From NCBI GenBank assembly GCA_040954595.2, contig CM082596.2, positions 904,736-968,735 of the forward strand: DNA of 64,000 nucleotides, read 5' to 3'. This DNA is from Balanoglossus misakiensis (lineage: Eukaryota; Animalia; Hemichordata). The position numbers and the translations under genes are program-made. Below are positions 13,080 to 28,333 of the stretch, piece after piece; position 1 is the stretch's first letter, and every line of letters begins with the position of its first letter. The notes under the pieces were generated by a model that was not told where the DNA came from, did not search any database, and saw nothing but the letters and a program-made list of their open reading frames with translations.

Positions 13080-13630
13080 TCCCATTTGCAGACTAAATGA
13101 TGATGATTTTCCGCACCACAATGAATTGTGGCATTAATTTCAACCCAGCTTTCAATCCTGGATTGTAATCCACATCAGCTGCAAGACCATCTCGGAGAAT
13201 GAGTAATATGATTCAGGACTTTTTTCTGTCTCAGCACCTTATCCAGGTCTATTCATGTTAAATCTGCCTTGGCACCGAATTTATTATTTTAATCCCCTTA
13301 CAGCATTTCCAAGATGGTGGTTAAATGATTAGTAACATAGGGTATCTGTCATCAGTTTTAACCAGTTCCTCTCCTGATTGATATCTCACAAACTGCAGAG
13401 TAATTGCAAATATAGAAATTTGGGAAAACCTTATGAGACAGGCTTCAAGGATTAGCAGAGAATAGTTGAGATTGCTTGGATGGGAATGTGGCTCCCATCA
13501 AAGCAGCCAGCATTACTGGAAACCTTACAAGTCCCAGGCCCGTTCTCTTTCTGTGTTTGAATGATAGCTCCATTGCTTTAAGCAGAGACTCCAGGGCAAT
13601 TTGTGGAACATCATGGGTCATGATCATAAC
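13080..13630 (-). pseudogene. Degenerate Harbinger/PIF DDE transposase (HARBI1-like) fragment
   Basis: 13511-13473 encodes AGCFDGSHIPIQA, compared with the Harbinger motif GxIDGxHIPI. It is preceded by a frameshifted xFP and followed in the expected order by SAVCE (13399-13385, cf. QAVCD), HHLGNA (13319-13302, cf. HLLGD) and PQFIVV (13131-13114, cf. xIIxACCxLHN). Many stops and frameshifts. Confidence 0.7.
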
Positions 13631-16600
13631 ACGAGTGTCTACAAATTTTCACAGATTTTAAATTGTGCATTTATGTGAGGAATTACACAAAATAAAATGT
13701 AGCTAATTCATAAAACACACAAGTGCCTTTGAGAAGAAGAAACAACACTCGCATGGGAATGTAATCTCTACATTTAAAATTCTGTGTTCAAATTCAACAG
13801 TATATATTCAGCCAACAGGCACCTCCTATTGCAACCCTCAGACACAGTGGTGCATCATTCAATTATGCCTACCGGTAGAATAAGAAAGTGGAAAATCTGA
13901 TGACAGTGATAGTGGAATTAGATATGTATCATGCTTTCAATCACAGTCACAACTCCCCAGATAAGTCGTAACCTGGTCACTGCTACTTTATTAACTTCCA
14001 CAGTCTCCTGAAAACTGATGAGAAGTCGTGAATAAAACAAAAGCTGTTCAGAACACTTGGAACCATTTCAGATGGTGGCATTCTGCTCTGCAGGAGGAAA
14101 ATGCACCCTCTGAAAGATCAAACAGCAGGGGTATGAGGAGTATCTTATCCGAAAATTACCAGTTGAACTTTAGGCAAGGTGTGTGTCAATTTCTGTCACT
14201 TTTCCCAGCAGTCTACTGCACCTCTCTGGTGAATTCTGACATAATGACAAATTGCCGCAGGTCTGATTAGCATTAGACAGAGATCTCTCTGTTCCAATGA
14301 GCTGTGCTCTATGTAGGCTATGAATATACGTGATCACATTTGATGATCATTGTAAAACATCACGTGTAAGAGGTATTGCACACATACATCATGCAGTGCT
14401 TTACCATCACTGTGACAAGGGTCATCCATTGCAGAGATTGTAATCATTGATACTGTAATATTTGAGGTGCTATGTTTGTTACACAGACTGAATATATATC
14501 ATACATGTACATCAATATTGCATCACGAATTCTTTCTGATACTGCTACATAAACTGAACTTTTATGTCAGCACTAGCATCTGACACAAGAAGAGGCTGCC
14601 CTACAAGAATTTTAGTCATCAATGTTTACAGTATCTACTGTGTTTATAATACAAGTTTTTTATTGTTTTCATAGGAAAGAAGGAATGTTGCAGTGGAAAT
14701 CTAAAGGTCTGCCACTTGGTAAATAAGTGCTCTAGTCAAAGACCCTGTCAATAGAGTCACCTTCAATAATACTGCACTGATTGTATGGTCACCCTTTTCA
14801 AGTTTTCTCACTGTTATCATGGTTATTACTGTGAACCCCATGATACAACTAGATGTCAAACACATTTCATAAATGGCTGCTTTTTAGATTGTCTATTGGT
14901 ATTACAGTCACTCATCAATGTCAATTGGTCCACTGTTATAAATGTCGTTTTGATTTACAAGTTACAAATGTATTATTCACTTCAGAGAGATATCTCAACT
15001 GACCTTCATTACATAGCTAGTTTTCCAGACTGTCTTTTCCTGTCACAATGCATCCTTGCAAAAAGGCATCCTTGTGATGCTTCTAAACCTTAATTTCAGA
15101 GAATGACCTTCAGTGATTTCTAAAGATTCCTTTTCAATATCAATGTTTATCTCTGTCACAGTTCATCCTTGCATGGTGAAAGCTTTCTGATGTTTTCTTG
15201 TCAGAACGTTCATTTCTAATCAGTACCTCAGCTACATGAACATTGACTGCATCATCAAGCTTTCTAGATTGCTTTTTTATCACTTTATTTATTCAATTCT
15301 GTGAAAGCCTTGTGGCATTCATTTGTCTGTACACAATCTTCAATCAGAATCAAATCTTCACAGAATGTCATCAGTCTATGTTATCAGAATATCTTTGCAT
15401 CATACAGTATGTGTGTAATTCTGATGTCTGCTAGCAATCATAAGAAAGTTCTTAATTCTAATATTAAATAGTTCAACAAATAAATTTTACTTTTATTATT
15501 TATTAAGTTCAATTACCAGAAAACATTTTTACATGTTTGGCATAGAAAATGGTATGATTACAGGCTAATTTTTAGTCCCTATAAAAGTTTCAAATGGGAA
15601 CTCTCAGAGGTTATATTTATACCATTTTCAAATCTAATATAACATTTTGTTCTGCTTTTAGTTTCTATGTTTTAGGAACTGTAGATTGTGTGTTACAAAA
15701 TTAATTATGGTGTTTGACGTCAATGAAGATCGCCGCTTAACCGATTGGTGATTATAAATAGCCCGCGGCAATGACTTGTACATCATTTCAATGTTAACGC
15801 AGAGGACTTTCGGGTGGCAATTTTCTCAGCAGATTAAGTTAGTGACAGGCGTGTCACATTTGATTGATTTGTCTGATAAGTCAAGTCGTGACCACTGCCC
15901 TAGCAGCTTCGTTTCAATCAGACTTTACATTATGGTTGGTTGCGGACTGGGTACACATCAAATAATGTTATTATCATATGTATGGATCGATGTTTGGTTT
16001 ACTGTATTTTTAAGCTTACAATAAATGATGTCTCTATAACAAAGTTCAAGGTTTCATTTGTTACCCATGTGGAAACTATGTAAGCACTGAAGATTATGGA
16101 CTATAATGACAAGTAGCAATCCCTCAGAACAGGTATTCCAACATACAATCACAGATTTCTGTCAAAACTTTCAAAGTTAGGAATGTTCACAGATGTCCAA
16201 TACAGTCGACGAAACTTACCAAATTTTAATTGAAAGAATATGCTGTAATTTACAAAAATGTCGAAAATTGGGTTGACATCTGAATGATGTTCAAGGATAA
16301 TTCATGGGAAACACTACCGGTATATGAGATTTAATTTGGCCTGACTCAAATCACTCGATCCAATTATTCCTATGACAGATGTCTACAGATGGGTTCTGTA
16401 AGAAGAAACTCGTATTGTGAATTTGTACCATCTAAAGAGTTCTAAATGTGAGTCACATTCCTTGCAGGCACAAGAAGAGACTTTTTTCTGATGAAAACTT
16501 CTTTGCATCACGACACAGGTCCCCTGTTATTAGAGTCTAAATGCATCTCTTTTAAGAATGATGGCTACTGAGCAGCCATGAGGAACAACAACCAGTTAGC

Positions 16601-19079
16601 TCCAAGGTATGCAATTTTACAAATTGCAAGATTCATCTCAAGAAAAAAGTGAACGCCAATAATCATACGTTTCCATGACAATGTATGTATTTATCTTCTT
16701 GTGCAAATACTGATCTGTTATCAAACACCAATGTTGATGTATCCATTACAACACAATGTTATTTGATGGCTATGACGAAAAGAGGGACTGACAACATCAA
16801 AGTCTTAAAACCTTTTTTACTCTGTTGAACATTTTACTTCAAATGAATAATTTCATTCAAAGTTATTAAGACAGAACTATTATGACACTGTTGTAGTATG
16901 CTTTACAGAAAGAATGGAATGATAAAGTATACTAGGGAAAACTTATTTAGAATATTCATTAGCGTCGGTCTATTTTCAGAAAGAGATGAATATACCACCG
17001 AGACAATATAGATTATGCATATTAGATGTGATCAGTTCGCTCATTGCATCATGGGTAATTGGTTCTAAAGAAGCTGTCAAGGTGATAAATTATCTTTGTT
17101 TTGTGGCTGTTGGGTATGCCCTGAGTGGTCATTTCAAACACACTTTTAGACAGGCCTATTCCTTGGTGCAATTTCCTGGTTATACCCATGGCTGCAGTTG
17201 TCAGCACATTCCTCAGGCTGGATATCCCAGTCCTGAGTGAATTCCACGTTATATTATCAAGTCCTCAATACATTAACCTCAGACCGTCATATCAGATCAA
17301 ATGCCCTCTAAGCATACTAGTCAATCATTCGAAAAACACAGCATACAATTCTATGAGACGTAAGAGAAAAGTTTCCTATTACATGACATAGCACTTATGC
17401 TGAGAATTTTCTGAATCCACAAATTAACTTTTATTGGTGGTTTGTGAAATCCTACTTTTAAGAGGTCTGAATTATTCTAATCCAGAATATATCAGTTTCA
17501 ATGCAGGCACAGTGGAGAAATTAGTTCTGTAAGTAGCTCTATACATGGCTATGAGGTTTACAGAATACAACTAATAATCTGGGAAACTTTCAACAAGCAG
17601 AAAGTTAAAGTTAATAATCGCCTGAAATATTTATGAACAATGACATTGTGATCGAGGCACAAACATGGCACAAAGTGTGTTTGAAAACTGTCCAAACTTT
17701 GAGCTCATATGACTGGCATATTTTAAGTAACAAACCGCTAATTGTGGTCAATATTACTCCTGTCCATTAGTATTCTTTACACAATGTTCACACATCATAT
17801 TTACGAGACTACCATGTCTCCATGGACAAATAAAATACATTACAATCATTCGTCATGAAGCCAAGGGGACCTCAAATAAATTTTTCATCATGGCCTTTGT
17901 AGAACAGAAATGAATAATATATCGAATGTAATTTACAAATTAAGCAGGTTATTATGTAGCATTTAAAATTTATGCACCATCTAAAATTCATGTCCTTTCT
18001 AAATGTTAGATGCTTTTTTGGCTTCAGATATTCATATATTCAAGTAGATATGAATAATAAAAACTGGGTTGCAGAAATTTGAAACTTGTTTAATCCATTA
18101 AAATAATGACTTTAAAAACTTATTCAGTCTGGAGAACTTAGCAACAAAAGCAGGTTAGCCAATTAGCTCAATGGTTTAGGTAAAGTATAATTATAACCAA
18201 TCAAAACATTTCTCTTCCCAGCTTGCACTTGCAACAAAGGATCTTTTAAACCAAAACGTTATCATAATTCAGGGCAGCAGAAACAGAGAGAGCTTTTCTG
18301 ATAGGCAAGGTTCAAAGCCAAGCTGTTACACTTACATTTAAGTACTTGCCAGTAAACCACACCATACATAAATCATTATTTATGAGACAAGCAGAACGCA
18401 TTTTCATGGTTATCAAACCTCTAAATAGCTTCAGAACATGGTATCATTACATTTATGTCTAAGTAGCCACAAAATGTGATATACATGTATATTAATATCA
18501 CAGCAATTGAAGCATGGGTGAACCACAAGTTCTTCCAGGCTGTACAGTCTTGCAATAACAATCCTGTCTGAGTCTCAATTGTTTTGTTGAAAAAAAGACA
18601 TGATTGTAATCATTGTACACTGTATTTACACACTGGCTGAATAAAGTTCTCATGCATATATCAAATATCTACCATGGTTGCAAAGCGCATGTTTATAGAC
18701 ATATTAAGTGAACTCTACCCTGACTTTACCAGACTGATGTCAACAAACTTGTCTGCATACCACAAAGTTCCTGGCGGAAAACCCTGTAATATCCGAGACA
18801 TACATCACAATGCCAAATAATTGAAACTACAAATCATAGTACTATAGCTGTGAACACCCACCATCAATTTCAATCAAACTCTCTTTTTCATCCAAGCCAT
18901 CTCCCACCACGATTCTGACATTGATAAATGTTCCTACATGTAATGCGTCTGTGAGTTTTTAAAGGTCAGTAGCTATAACCTGTCATGATTTTCTCTCAAC
19001 AATTGTTGTACAGGGTGATCTGAATAAGTTTTATGAATCTTCTTATATTGTGAAATACTTGGGATATCAGCTGTAAATT

Positions 19080-19167
<88 letters not shown>
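19080..19167. repeat. Perfect (ATC)n microsatellite, ~29 units
   Basis: Directly visible; it produces the spurious poly-Asp ORF 18996-19226. Confidence 0.97.
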
Positions 19168-20925
19168 GTTTCCATCACATCACAAAACCTAGATTGAATA
19201 CTGTTTATATCAGAAGTTAAAACCACTGCCTTTGACTTAGATGAGAAAGGTGACTGTTAATCGGCAAAACATGAAAAAATGCAGGTATTCCACTCCTACA
19301 TACATGTATGTTTACATTCATTAAAATGAACATGCTGTAACAGTCATTGTTTGTTTGGAGATTAAGTAATGAGTGTAGAGATGTTGAGTATAGCAACCAG
19401 CAAATCTTCAATTTCCTGTTACAAGTACTGGGGTGTGATATGCAGTTGGAATATTATAAGTTCTCCCAATACCGTCGTTTTTGGTTGAATATATCTCAGA
19501 CTTAGAGGCATTTAATGTACATGTGAAACCATCTAAAATACAACTAATATGAAACCTACATAATGCAGCGATTAATTAATGCAGTCGAAACTACCGGTAC
19601 AAGGCAAATGAAAACAAAATCGGAAAGTCTCAAACCCTACAATAACACTTTCACAGCTTGTGGAAGTACACAGAAAACATTTCCAAATAACGATGGCAGT
19701 TCTACTAAAAATAAAACGAAGCAAAGGTGAATAGTCACCATGCAGTGTACCAATCTGTAGGCAGGATAACTTTCCTGACAGTGATGTTTGTTATTAATTT
19801 AACACCTTTCCCCACAGGGTCCTATGTAGTGATATTTATAGATGTATTGACGTCAAATGTAAATTATCTCAGAGAAGAGGGTATGAATGTGTTATAAACA
19901 ACAGTTTAGGCTTCAGACAATTTAGCATGCTTTCTCAGCTTGAAAAGGTTCAAAAGTCTTCTATATATATTTTTGTGTCGTTAAAAATAACAAAATCTGC
20001 CTTAATTAAGCCAATCTGCTATTAAGTATTATGTACATGTGGCTATGTACAGACGCACTTAAAACTACAACCTGTACAATCTGGTTCCTGGGAAAACTTG
20101 CCTTCCAATAAAAATGGTTTAAAAAGACTATTATAGAATTAATATTTAAGGTCTTTTACAATCTGTTTATAACCTTTTCAGGTTTTATATCACTGGTGCT
20201 ATTAGCTCAACTGATTACACTGAACAGTTCAATTACCTGCCACTATTTCACAACATATGTTTCAAATGTCTAAAAACCTACAGTTGACCTCTGTCAGAGG
20301 TCACCTTGTTCTTCATTGGCCTATCAAATGAGATAGGTGCAAAGTAAATGTGTTCTCTGCTATTGGCGAGGGCATTCGAAAATCTCCCAGGGCTATGAAA
20401 GCAACGCTGTAAACACTGCAATGTTTCACGCTCTATACGTGTCACATCAGCTGCTTGAGTTAAGCTCAATTCTATCGTTTTAAAGATTAGGGTTAATGGT
20501 TTTGTTTTCGATAGCAAGATGGACCTGCTGTTTACACATGCATGGATGTGTCAAACACAAAAAGTAGAAGATTAATCATTATTTTAATATCACATGTAAA
20601 AAGTCATAGTTTTTGTAAATGCAATTTGTGTTTCAGAGTAATTATTGACATTGCGTAGTTGTGTGCGCGCATGAACTGGTGTCAATGTCCTCTCTCACTA
20701 AAAAGACAAATTCCAAGCTTGGGAAAACATTTATAGAGCAAACACTTGAGTTGGAAAATGCGTGCTGGTTGTCACAAGATTTTTATAGGATCATGAGATA
20801 TACTTAAGTCCCAAAGCAAACCCAATACATTTGGTGAAGACAAATGAGACGTGGGTATACATTCCAACTCCATGAGTATGCATATATTGTCAGTCAACCA
20901 CTGAGAGCAAAAACAGAAGTCTGCA

Positions 20926-21018
20926 TTCAACCTTTCACCCCCATTTTCCTCTATAGAAGCTAGTCCAGCTTATAGGAAACAATGGATTTGGAACAAACAA
21001 TGGTGGTGAAAGGGATAA
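20926..21018. mobile_element. ~90-bp piggyBac-like MITE relic
   Basis: Inverted ends CCTTTCACC and GGTGAAAGG with TTAA-like flanks. Its reverse complement resembles 5568-5663 (shared GCTGGAC, AAATGGGG, AAAGG). Confidence 0.45.
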
Positions 21019-24000
21019 GCCTAATCTTTGTCAACATAGTGTCCTACTTTATAGCCATATGGTGCTTGGATGCAAAGATAGAACAGTAGCTGTCAAGTTA
21101 GTGTAGCATTGTACTAGTGAAACATCCACACATCTACAATATTGCACAAGTTGAATTAATGGTCAAGGATATTATTAAACTGGCACTCGGAAATAAAACA
21201 AAAAGTTGACGTCATCAATAGGCTATAAATAAGTGGTTGTGATACAGGCTATGCTGAAAAGTATAGCAACAGGTTTGCTTAACAGAAAAACAAATATAAC
21301 AGTGTAAACCATCGGAAGGGTTTAATTAACTGTATGAATCATTTAGCAAACATAATTTTGATAAACAAATATTGGAACAAATGAGAAACGCAGTGTTATA
21401 AACAGCACATTTGAGTGTGAAATGGCGATGGTCTGACTCCATGCAGTCTGACTGCCGATACAATGTGTCTTCTCAACAAAGATTTGATGGATATGTGACT
21501 GTGACGAACATATTGGGTACATATTGTTATGTGACTGAAAAAAAGCTTGGACAATGTGTCTCAGATGATAAAAGATGTCATTAGATTACTGGAAGTTGCT
21601 AACTGTGAATCATAAAAGACAATGTCATTTATAAAGTATGGAGCTGTGACTGTGATTAGAGTGTGACCATTCAAAGAGTCTTCATTGGATTACAACGCAT
21701 CCATAAAAACACCTAATCATTCCTTGATACACGCGCCTACAAGACATCTAATGTACACCACTCCTATATGCTAAATTTCAGGGAATTGCAGGCATAAATT
21801 TTCTAGGGCCTGAAGAAGTAATACAAGTACAGCCAGGCAATGATCACCTCATCAGGCAGCCATCATTTGATCAAATGGATCGTGGAAAGACACGCATAAA
21901 TGTAAGGTTATAGAGAGACCTGCATTTAAGCAATTGCATTGCTGTGAATCAACAAGCCTGATCTATGTTCTTTCATTCTAAGATTCCTGTTAAGTCTCCT
22001 TCTTTCTACCGGTAGTACTATTTTCTGGGCTATTTATCCAACATCTCTGATTAGCTGAACGACTGCGAGAACACGCACACACACATGTACATCAGAATTG
22101 CAGAGGCTGAGAAACTCACAGAAAAGCCTGAACAATTGCTGACATTTTACAATCCTCAAAACCAATAAATAAGTAAATACTAGACCACCTCCCACTCTTC
22201 CCTGGTTCACAGTCGAAATGACATACATCTACCTGGTGTAATTCTTAATAGATTGTGTTTGTTTCACCCACAATATGCTTTGTTAAATTTATCATGTCAA
22301 TTCATTTAAAAGAGTGCATGAATTAGACAAGACACTGATTCTTAACCTAGCTACAGTAACCTCAATGCTGATTTCATTGTTAAACATTCTGAGAAAGAGC
22401 TAGTGCAATGATCATTGAAGTGGTTACCTCTTTAAATTTTCTTGCAATGAAACATAATCCTTAAGATTCAGACAAAAGTAATTGACCAAAATAGCAAAAA
22501 GCATTAAATCAATCAGACATTATGTATTGATATCAGCAATCTCTGAAAGATTGACTTCATTTCTACCCTTGGATTATGATTGGTAAAGCAGTGTCTGTTA
22601 AGCTAGATGATAGACGCTATCAATTTTCTTTGAAAGAGTCCGTTTTGCAGAGAAATGAAAATTGGTGTTCAGCTAATGAATATCAGACAATAACAGTCAT
22701 AGCTCCAGCTACACCAGCTGTGTGAGAATAACTCTGTCCAGGGGTGGTTGTGTGCATCATCTAGTAATAAAAACCAGCAAAATGGTTTAATCTATATATA
22801 TTTAAAATAAAACATCTTGCCATCATGTTTTCAAAATCCTAATAGTGCAGACAGTGTTGATTATAGCGTGCAACACTCACAAGATATAATGTTGAATTAA
22901 CCAGTTAACTGATTCTTTAATTTTTAGCCTCAAAAATTTAACATATAGAATCCTTGACATGGATGGTTGTCAAAAATATGTTTAAATGGAAAAGTTATGG
23001 CACATGCCGTCATAAAATATTTAAACAAGCAACCCAGTGGATTATACAGCTCTGCTGTGATATTTGATGTAACATAAGGCAAGGATGGAATATTAAATAT
23101 CAAAGGTGATGTAAAGGTCTGTGGTTTTTTCAGTTGTACAAGCTATTTTAATTTTAACCAAAAAAGGCAACGACTGACTCCCAAACATACTAAGATCTAA
23201 CTTACAACATATCAAGGGACAAATCAATTATAGACAAACATTTCTGAGAAATACCAAATATCAAAGCTGTATGATCAGTGATTTCTGAGAATAGCTGATT
23301 GTTGATAACGGCTGGCGACAATGGAAAATCCACCTTAAAGCACTCCATACTGTTGACAGCAGAGTTAAAAACCTGGGTTATGACGTCTAATATTAAAATT
23401 AAATGAGAAAATACATTTATTTTCAAAGGCAAGTGTTATAATGAAGGAAATGACATATGATGTTATTCAGACTGACTTTTTTATTGAGTTTATATCAAAT
23501 CTCACAAGATACAAATGACAGCCTCTCCAAACAAAGTGACTCTAACCCAAGTTATTGAGGAAGCTAAGACAACCAGTGAAATATTTGCACTGGAATTTGA
23601 TAGTAATCATTATTGACAGTTATGTGTTACGTGAGAGAAACACCTCTTACAGGTTAATGCCTCAGGTCTTGCCTTGCAATTTCTACAGACTAATCTCTAC
23701 ATCATGCAAACATCTACCAGTCATTTATAAAATAAATGCCTTTGAAATTGGGAATATCAAACCTGGTAACATATTTCACCTGTCATAATAATGGGCAGAA
23801 TGATCATTTTATGTTAAGTTTTGAAATAATTTGTTCATGGTATATTTCATTTTATAGGGTTATACTAATAATACATAGCTTGCAATATTTGTGCATTCAT
23901 GATGACATTTTTGGTGATATTACGTCAGCAAAAAGTAACAGACAATGATGAAAAATTATCAATATTCCTTTTCAAGCAGCAGGAGATTGACCAAATTCAC

Positions 24001-27000
24001 AATCTATGAATTGAAAATAAGATATAATCTCAACATGCAAACTCAAATGGTTATAATCACACCATTAGGGAAAGTAAAAATTAACACAAGTCAAAGGTTA
24101 AAGGTCAAATGATACGGCAGATCATCTGTATGGTCAAGGATTTTCAAGCATATGTTACAACTTACATAAATGACATTTTATCAAGTAAACCTCTCCCATT
24201 GTGACATTTTTCTAATCTTCAATCATTTATAAAAGGATTATCCTGTGGTTTCCTTTTTTCTTTCAAAGATCTAATATGTCACTCCACCAATAACACGATC
24301 TCATGTTGCTGTTTGTTCAATTTTACTTTCAATAATTGCTGTTTTATTCAGATTAATTGAAACTGGCAACACATGTCAATTTTTTTTCTGCTCAGCACTC
24401 TACTGCGGTCACATATTGCTATTTTCTCACATCGCCATCACACATTGCAGCCACCAAATACAATAGCTGTTAATCGGATAAATAAATCATATATATTTCT
24501 ATGAGAAAGACAGCAGCTGTCTTTTTTTCAACCTGAAAATTTGTGCATTCAATTAATATGTCATGTATGTAACTAAGATATCAGTGACAAGTTTCTAATG
24601 GTATTTGGGCAGAAGCATGAACATGTTAACTTCACGAACGGCTTTTATTAGACTGTAAAAGTCATCATAACTCCATCTTGATCTACTTGACTTTCCTGAT
24701 TAGTTGCACTTCTCATAAATGACAAAAGGCCAATTCAAAGATTTATGATTCAAGAATAGAGGCTTGTGATGGAGCTGCAACCTGCATGCACTTGGCGAAT
24801 ATTGCCAACATATTCTTTAATATGATTTTACCCAGGTTTATTGCCAATTATTCTTTTGAACTCAGCCTAGAAGATAATTTCTAAATGATCAAAGGTTGAT
24901 CACCTGTGGATCAGGCAGCTATATTTTAAGAACTTTGGTGAAATAAAGAAGGCTACTGCACTGCCAGAAGTTCATTTTTGTAGAGCGGAAATAAATCTCT
25001 GGCTCATGAGAATGTTTTTCAGCAAACACACCAAGTTTCCAAACTGTTAAGCAACACTGCGTACATGTATTTGTAACAGCAGTTTAGCTGCAGGGAAGAA
25101 CAGAAAAGCACCTGTAGACTATAGCAATTTAATTTCATTGGTTGACCCTGTGTGTTAATGCCATCTGCTCCCTTACAAGGTTTACTTCTTTCTCAATTAA
25201 AACTGACCCCCATTAGACCCAAGAAATGACGTAGAAACCCTGAAGCTTTTTACACTTCACTTAACTCATTCCTGCTTATAATTTTCAAAGAGCATTTTCC
25301 ACTCAGACCATTTATCATTTCCTGTTGTAGAAAGTGCATGTAATTTGAGCTAGCCCATCTGAAAATACAGAGTTTGCCATTTCGTTTTGTGTAAATTTAC
25401 CTTAAATCTTGTTACACAAATGTCACATAAATTTAAAGTTTCATACTTGTATGATCCTCAAGATATTTCAGACTAGCACGCAGTGTGATGATGGCCATAA
25501 TTATTCTCAAACAAAAAAGATATCAAGACAACCATTAAATGTTACATTCAAAATTAAATTAATACCAGTACATGTATATCTTTATTAATGAACTGATTGT
25601 AGTGGTGACTTCTATAATTCCGTTATTAATGAAGCCCCTTTCATTGATATTTCCTACCTGAATATTTGAAAGGCATTATTGTTAAGTCTGTTTGCAATTC
25701 GCATGATCGCCCTGTTTGCAGTGCAGACTGAAGTAGTATTCAAAATCTGATAGTTCCCTAATTTGAATCAAAATCTAAAAGAAAATGAATCAATACGTCG
25801 CAGCTGAGTAACAGTTGCTGTCCACAATTCCCCTTTCACTGACTCTGTGAACCAGCCATGTCTATAACCGATACAACAAGGGAAACGGATCTCTGTAGAC
25901 TCGCAGCCAATGCACAAGAGTTGAACAGACCTGAGGCAGACATGCTTTGGAGATCTTGAATCAGATCTGTGGCACGTCAGGGCAGACATGAGCAGTGGAT
26001 TATTTAGGGCGTATTGATTCGTCGCCGGAGAAACGAGACTGAACTTGGCTTAGTGAGATCTCAGTGGTGCCTGCCATATTATAAATCATTAATTTTCTCT
26101 CCCGGGTCTTCTAGCCTTTGTGGCCTATATTATTTCTCATCAAAAAAATGTCCTATGCAAAAACTGCACAGAATTCAAGGTTTGAGGATGAGGGATACTG
26201 AAGGGAAATACTGAATCACCTCAAACAAGTAATTGCGATGTGTAGCAAAATCAAAATGGCAAGATACTTGACGCAGCTGCAACAAGCACACATTAACATT
26301 TTCATAAATGACATTTTTTCTGACCTAGCTGATTTATGCGTTTTGTAAATTTGGTTTGGGCTGTGAAACAATATTTCGGCTGTAAATCTGTTAACTCAGT
26401 GTAATGCTAATTAATTTTGTTTGACCTTAGACCTGTCAGAAGTCTGATACCGTTGATATGACTTTACTTCTGTAAAAGCTAGTTTTTACTATTTTTCAGG
26501 TTATTTGCAATGTATAGCATTTATATGGGTATTGAAATCACAACTGGATCATATCTTGACAAGATTCAATCTTTGCAGAAAATATACCTTGAATATCAAA
26601 ACATGTCAGTCACCATAGATAAAATTCAACAATCAAATAGCGCATATATTAAATTAATGGATTAAAGACATCTTTCCTTGAAATTGACCTTGAAGTTTTA
26701 GAACTACATAAAATTAAACAGCCTATTAAAATTTAAAGGCATGATTATCTCCACAGTTTTGACCTTCAGGAAAGCAATTTACATGCTCATACCCAAATTC
26801 GTACATATATCAGTCATTGCGTCTTTATATGCTGTATAATGACACATTCAAAGGTGACTATATGTTTAATAAATTAAAAGCTAACAATGACAGAATCAAT
26901 TTACACCTGACAATTAAAGGTACAGAAATCACACTTTGTCATTTTCACTGAATTCGAATCACGCTCATTACGAGATACTGCATCAATAAAACACATCTAC

Positions 27001-28333
27001 AGGTGATATTATTCTGGTTCATTAAATGTAAAAAGTTCAGTGTTCATAAAAGTTCAGAGTTCAATATCAAGAGCTGTTCATCGCCTTCTCCATTCAACTT
27101 CAAGAAGAGATAAAAGGATTGGATGGATATCACACTGTAGTGTATTGTACCACAGATCATTGACAAATTTTATAATTATTGCATAACCGACATGTTTTTG
27201 ATACAGATTAGTACAAAAGCCAATGCGAAATTAAGACTCATTCAAAGAAATGAATACTGGAAATTAATGAATTTGTGTGTCATTCATTATAAAAGGTTGG
27301 GGTATACAACCAAATTTACTTTGTGTAAAAAATAAAGAAATGCCATATGGTAGATGCTGTTTTGTCAAGAGTGGCTATCATGGGACTCATCAGTCCCTTG
27401 TTGATCACAGCACAGTACCACTTAAGTCAGCACATGTTTTATGTTATTATGGAGTAGGCATTGTGACAAGTACACAACCTTTGTATTTTACTAGTTTTCA
27501 GCATCATTATATCCAGGAATATTTAATTTACTCAATCCAAACCATTCCAGAAAGCCACATTTCATAAAAAGTTACCGGTTTTCAATTCTAGCATCTCCAT
27601 AACAGTTACACAATCCTAATTTTAATATCAATCTATTTAGTTTATAGTCTAATCTTTAGTGGCTATGATAATTGTCATGTATATGTGATCTGTTCGTCAG
27701 ACCAAAATTCCAAGGAAGATTATTGAACTTCCGGATGGAAAAAATATTAAAATATAATTATGCAACTTAAGTTTAAAGGTTGCACTTATGTCGTATATTA
27801 TAACTTTAGTATGACTTCGTGTGAATCAAGATTTCATTATAAAGAGAGAGAAAGAGATTTTTTTATCTGCACTCATTACACAGCTGATATACATCTTACT
27901 TTACCCGACTGTCAGTGCATAATCTCGCCATGTATCTTGGAGATCACTAATCATTATAGAAAGATCAAAGTTTAGCAGGTAGGTATAGCACTACCAATTT
28001 ATCAAAAATGTTTTAATTTTGTTCAAAGTTTAGCAGGTACAGGAAAACCAATCCATCAATATGTATGTGTATATCAATCTTGCTTATAATGTAACACGTT
28101 GTAGAGTTGTAATATTTCACCCTTGCACTGCAGCATGGGTGGCAGAATTAATCACAATGTGAAAATATACACAGAATGTGTTTCGTTGACATTTGTGAAT
28201 TCTGCTACGCCGAGAAACTGATATCTGTATGCGTGTACATTTCCATTGACATTTCAGGATTCTGATCTGCCAACCTCTGTAATGTACAGAGAGGAATGAT
28301 TTCCATCTTTGAGAATTGAGATCCTGTGTTTAA

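Noticed and set aside
18996-19226. Poly-Asp ORF
   Set aside because: It is only the translation of the (ATC)n microsatellite.
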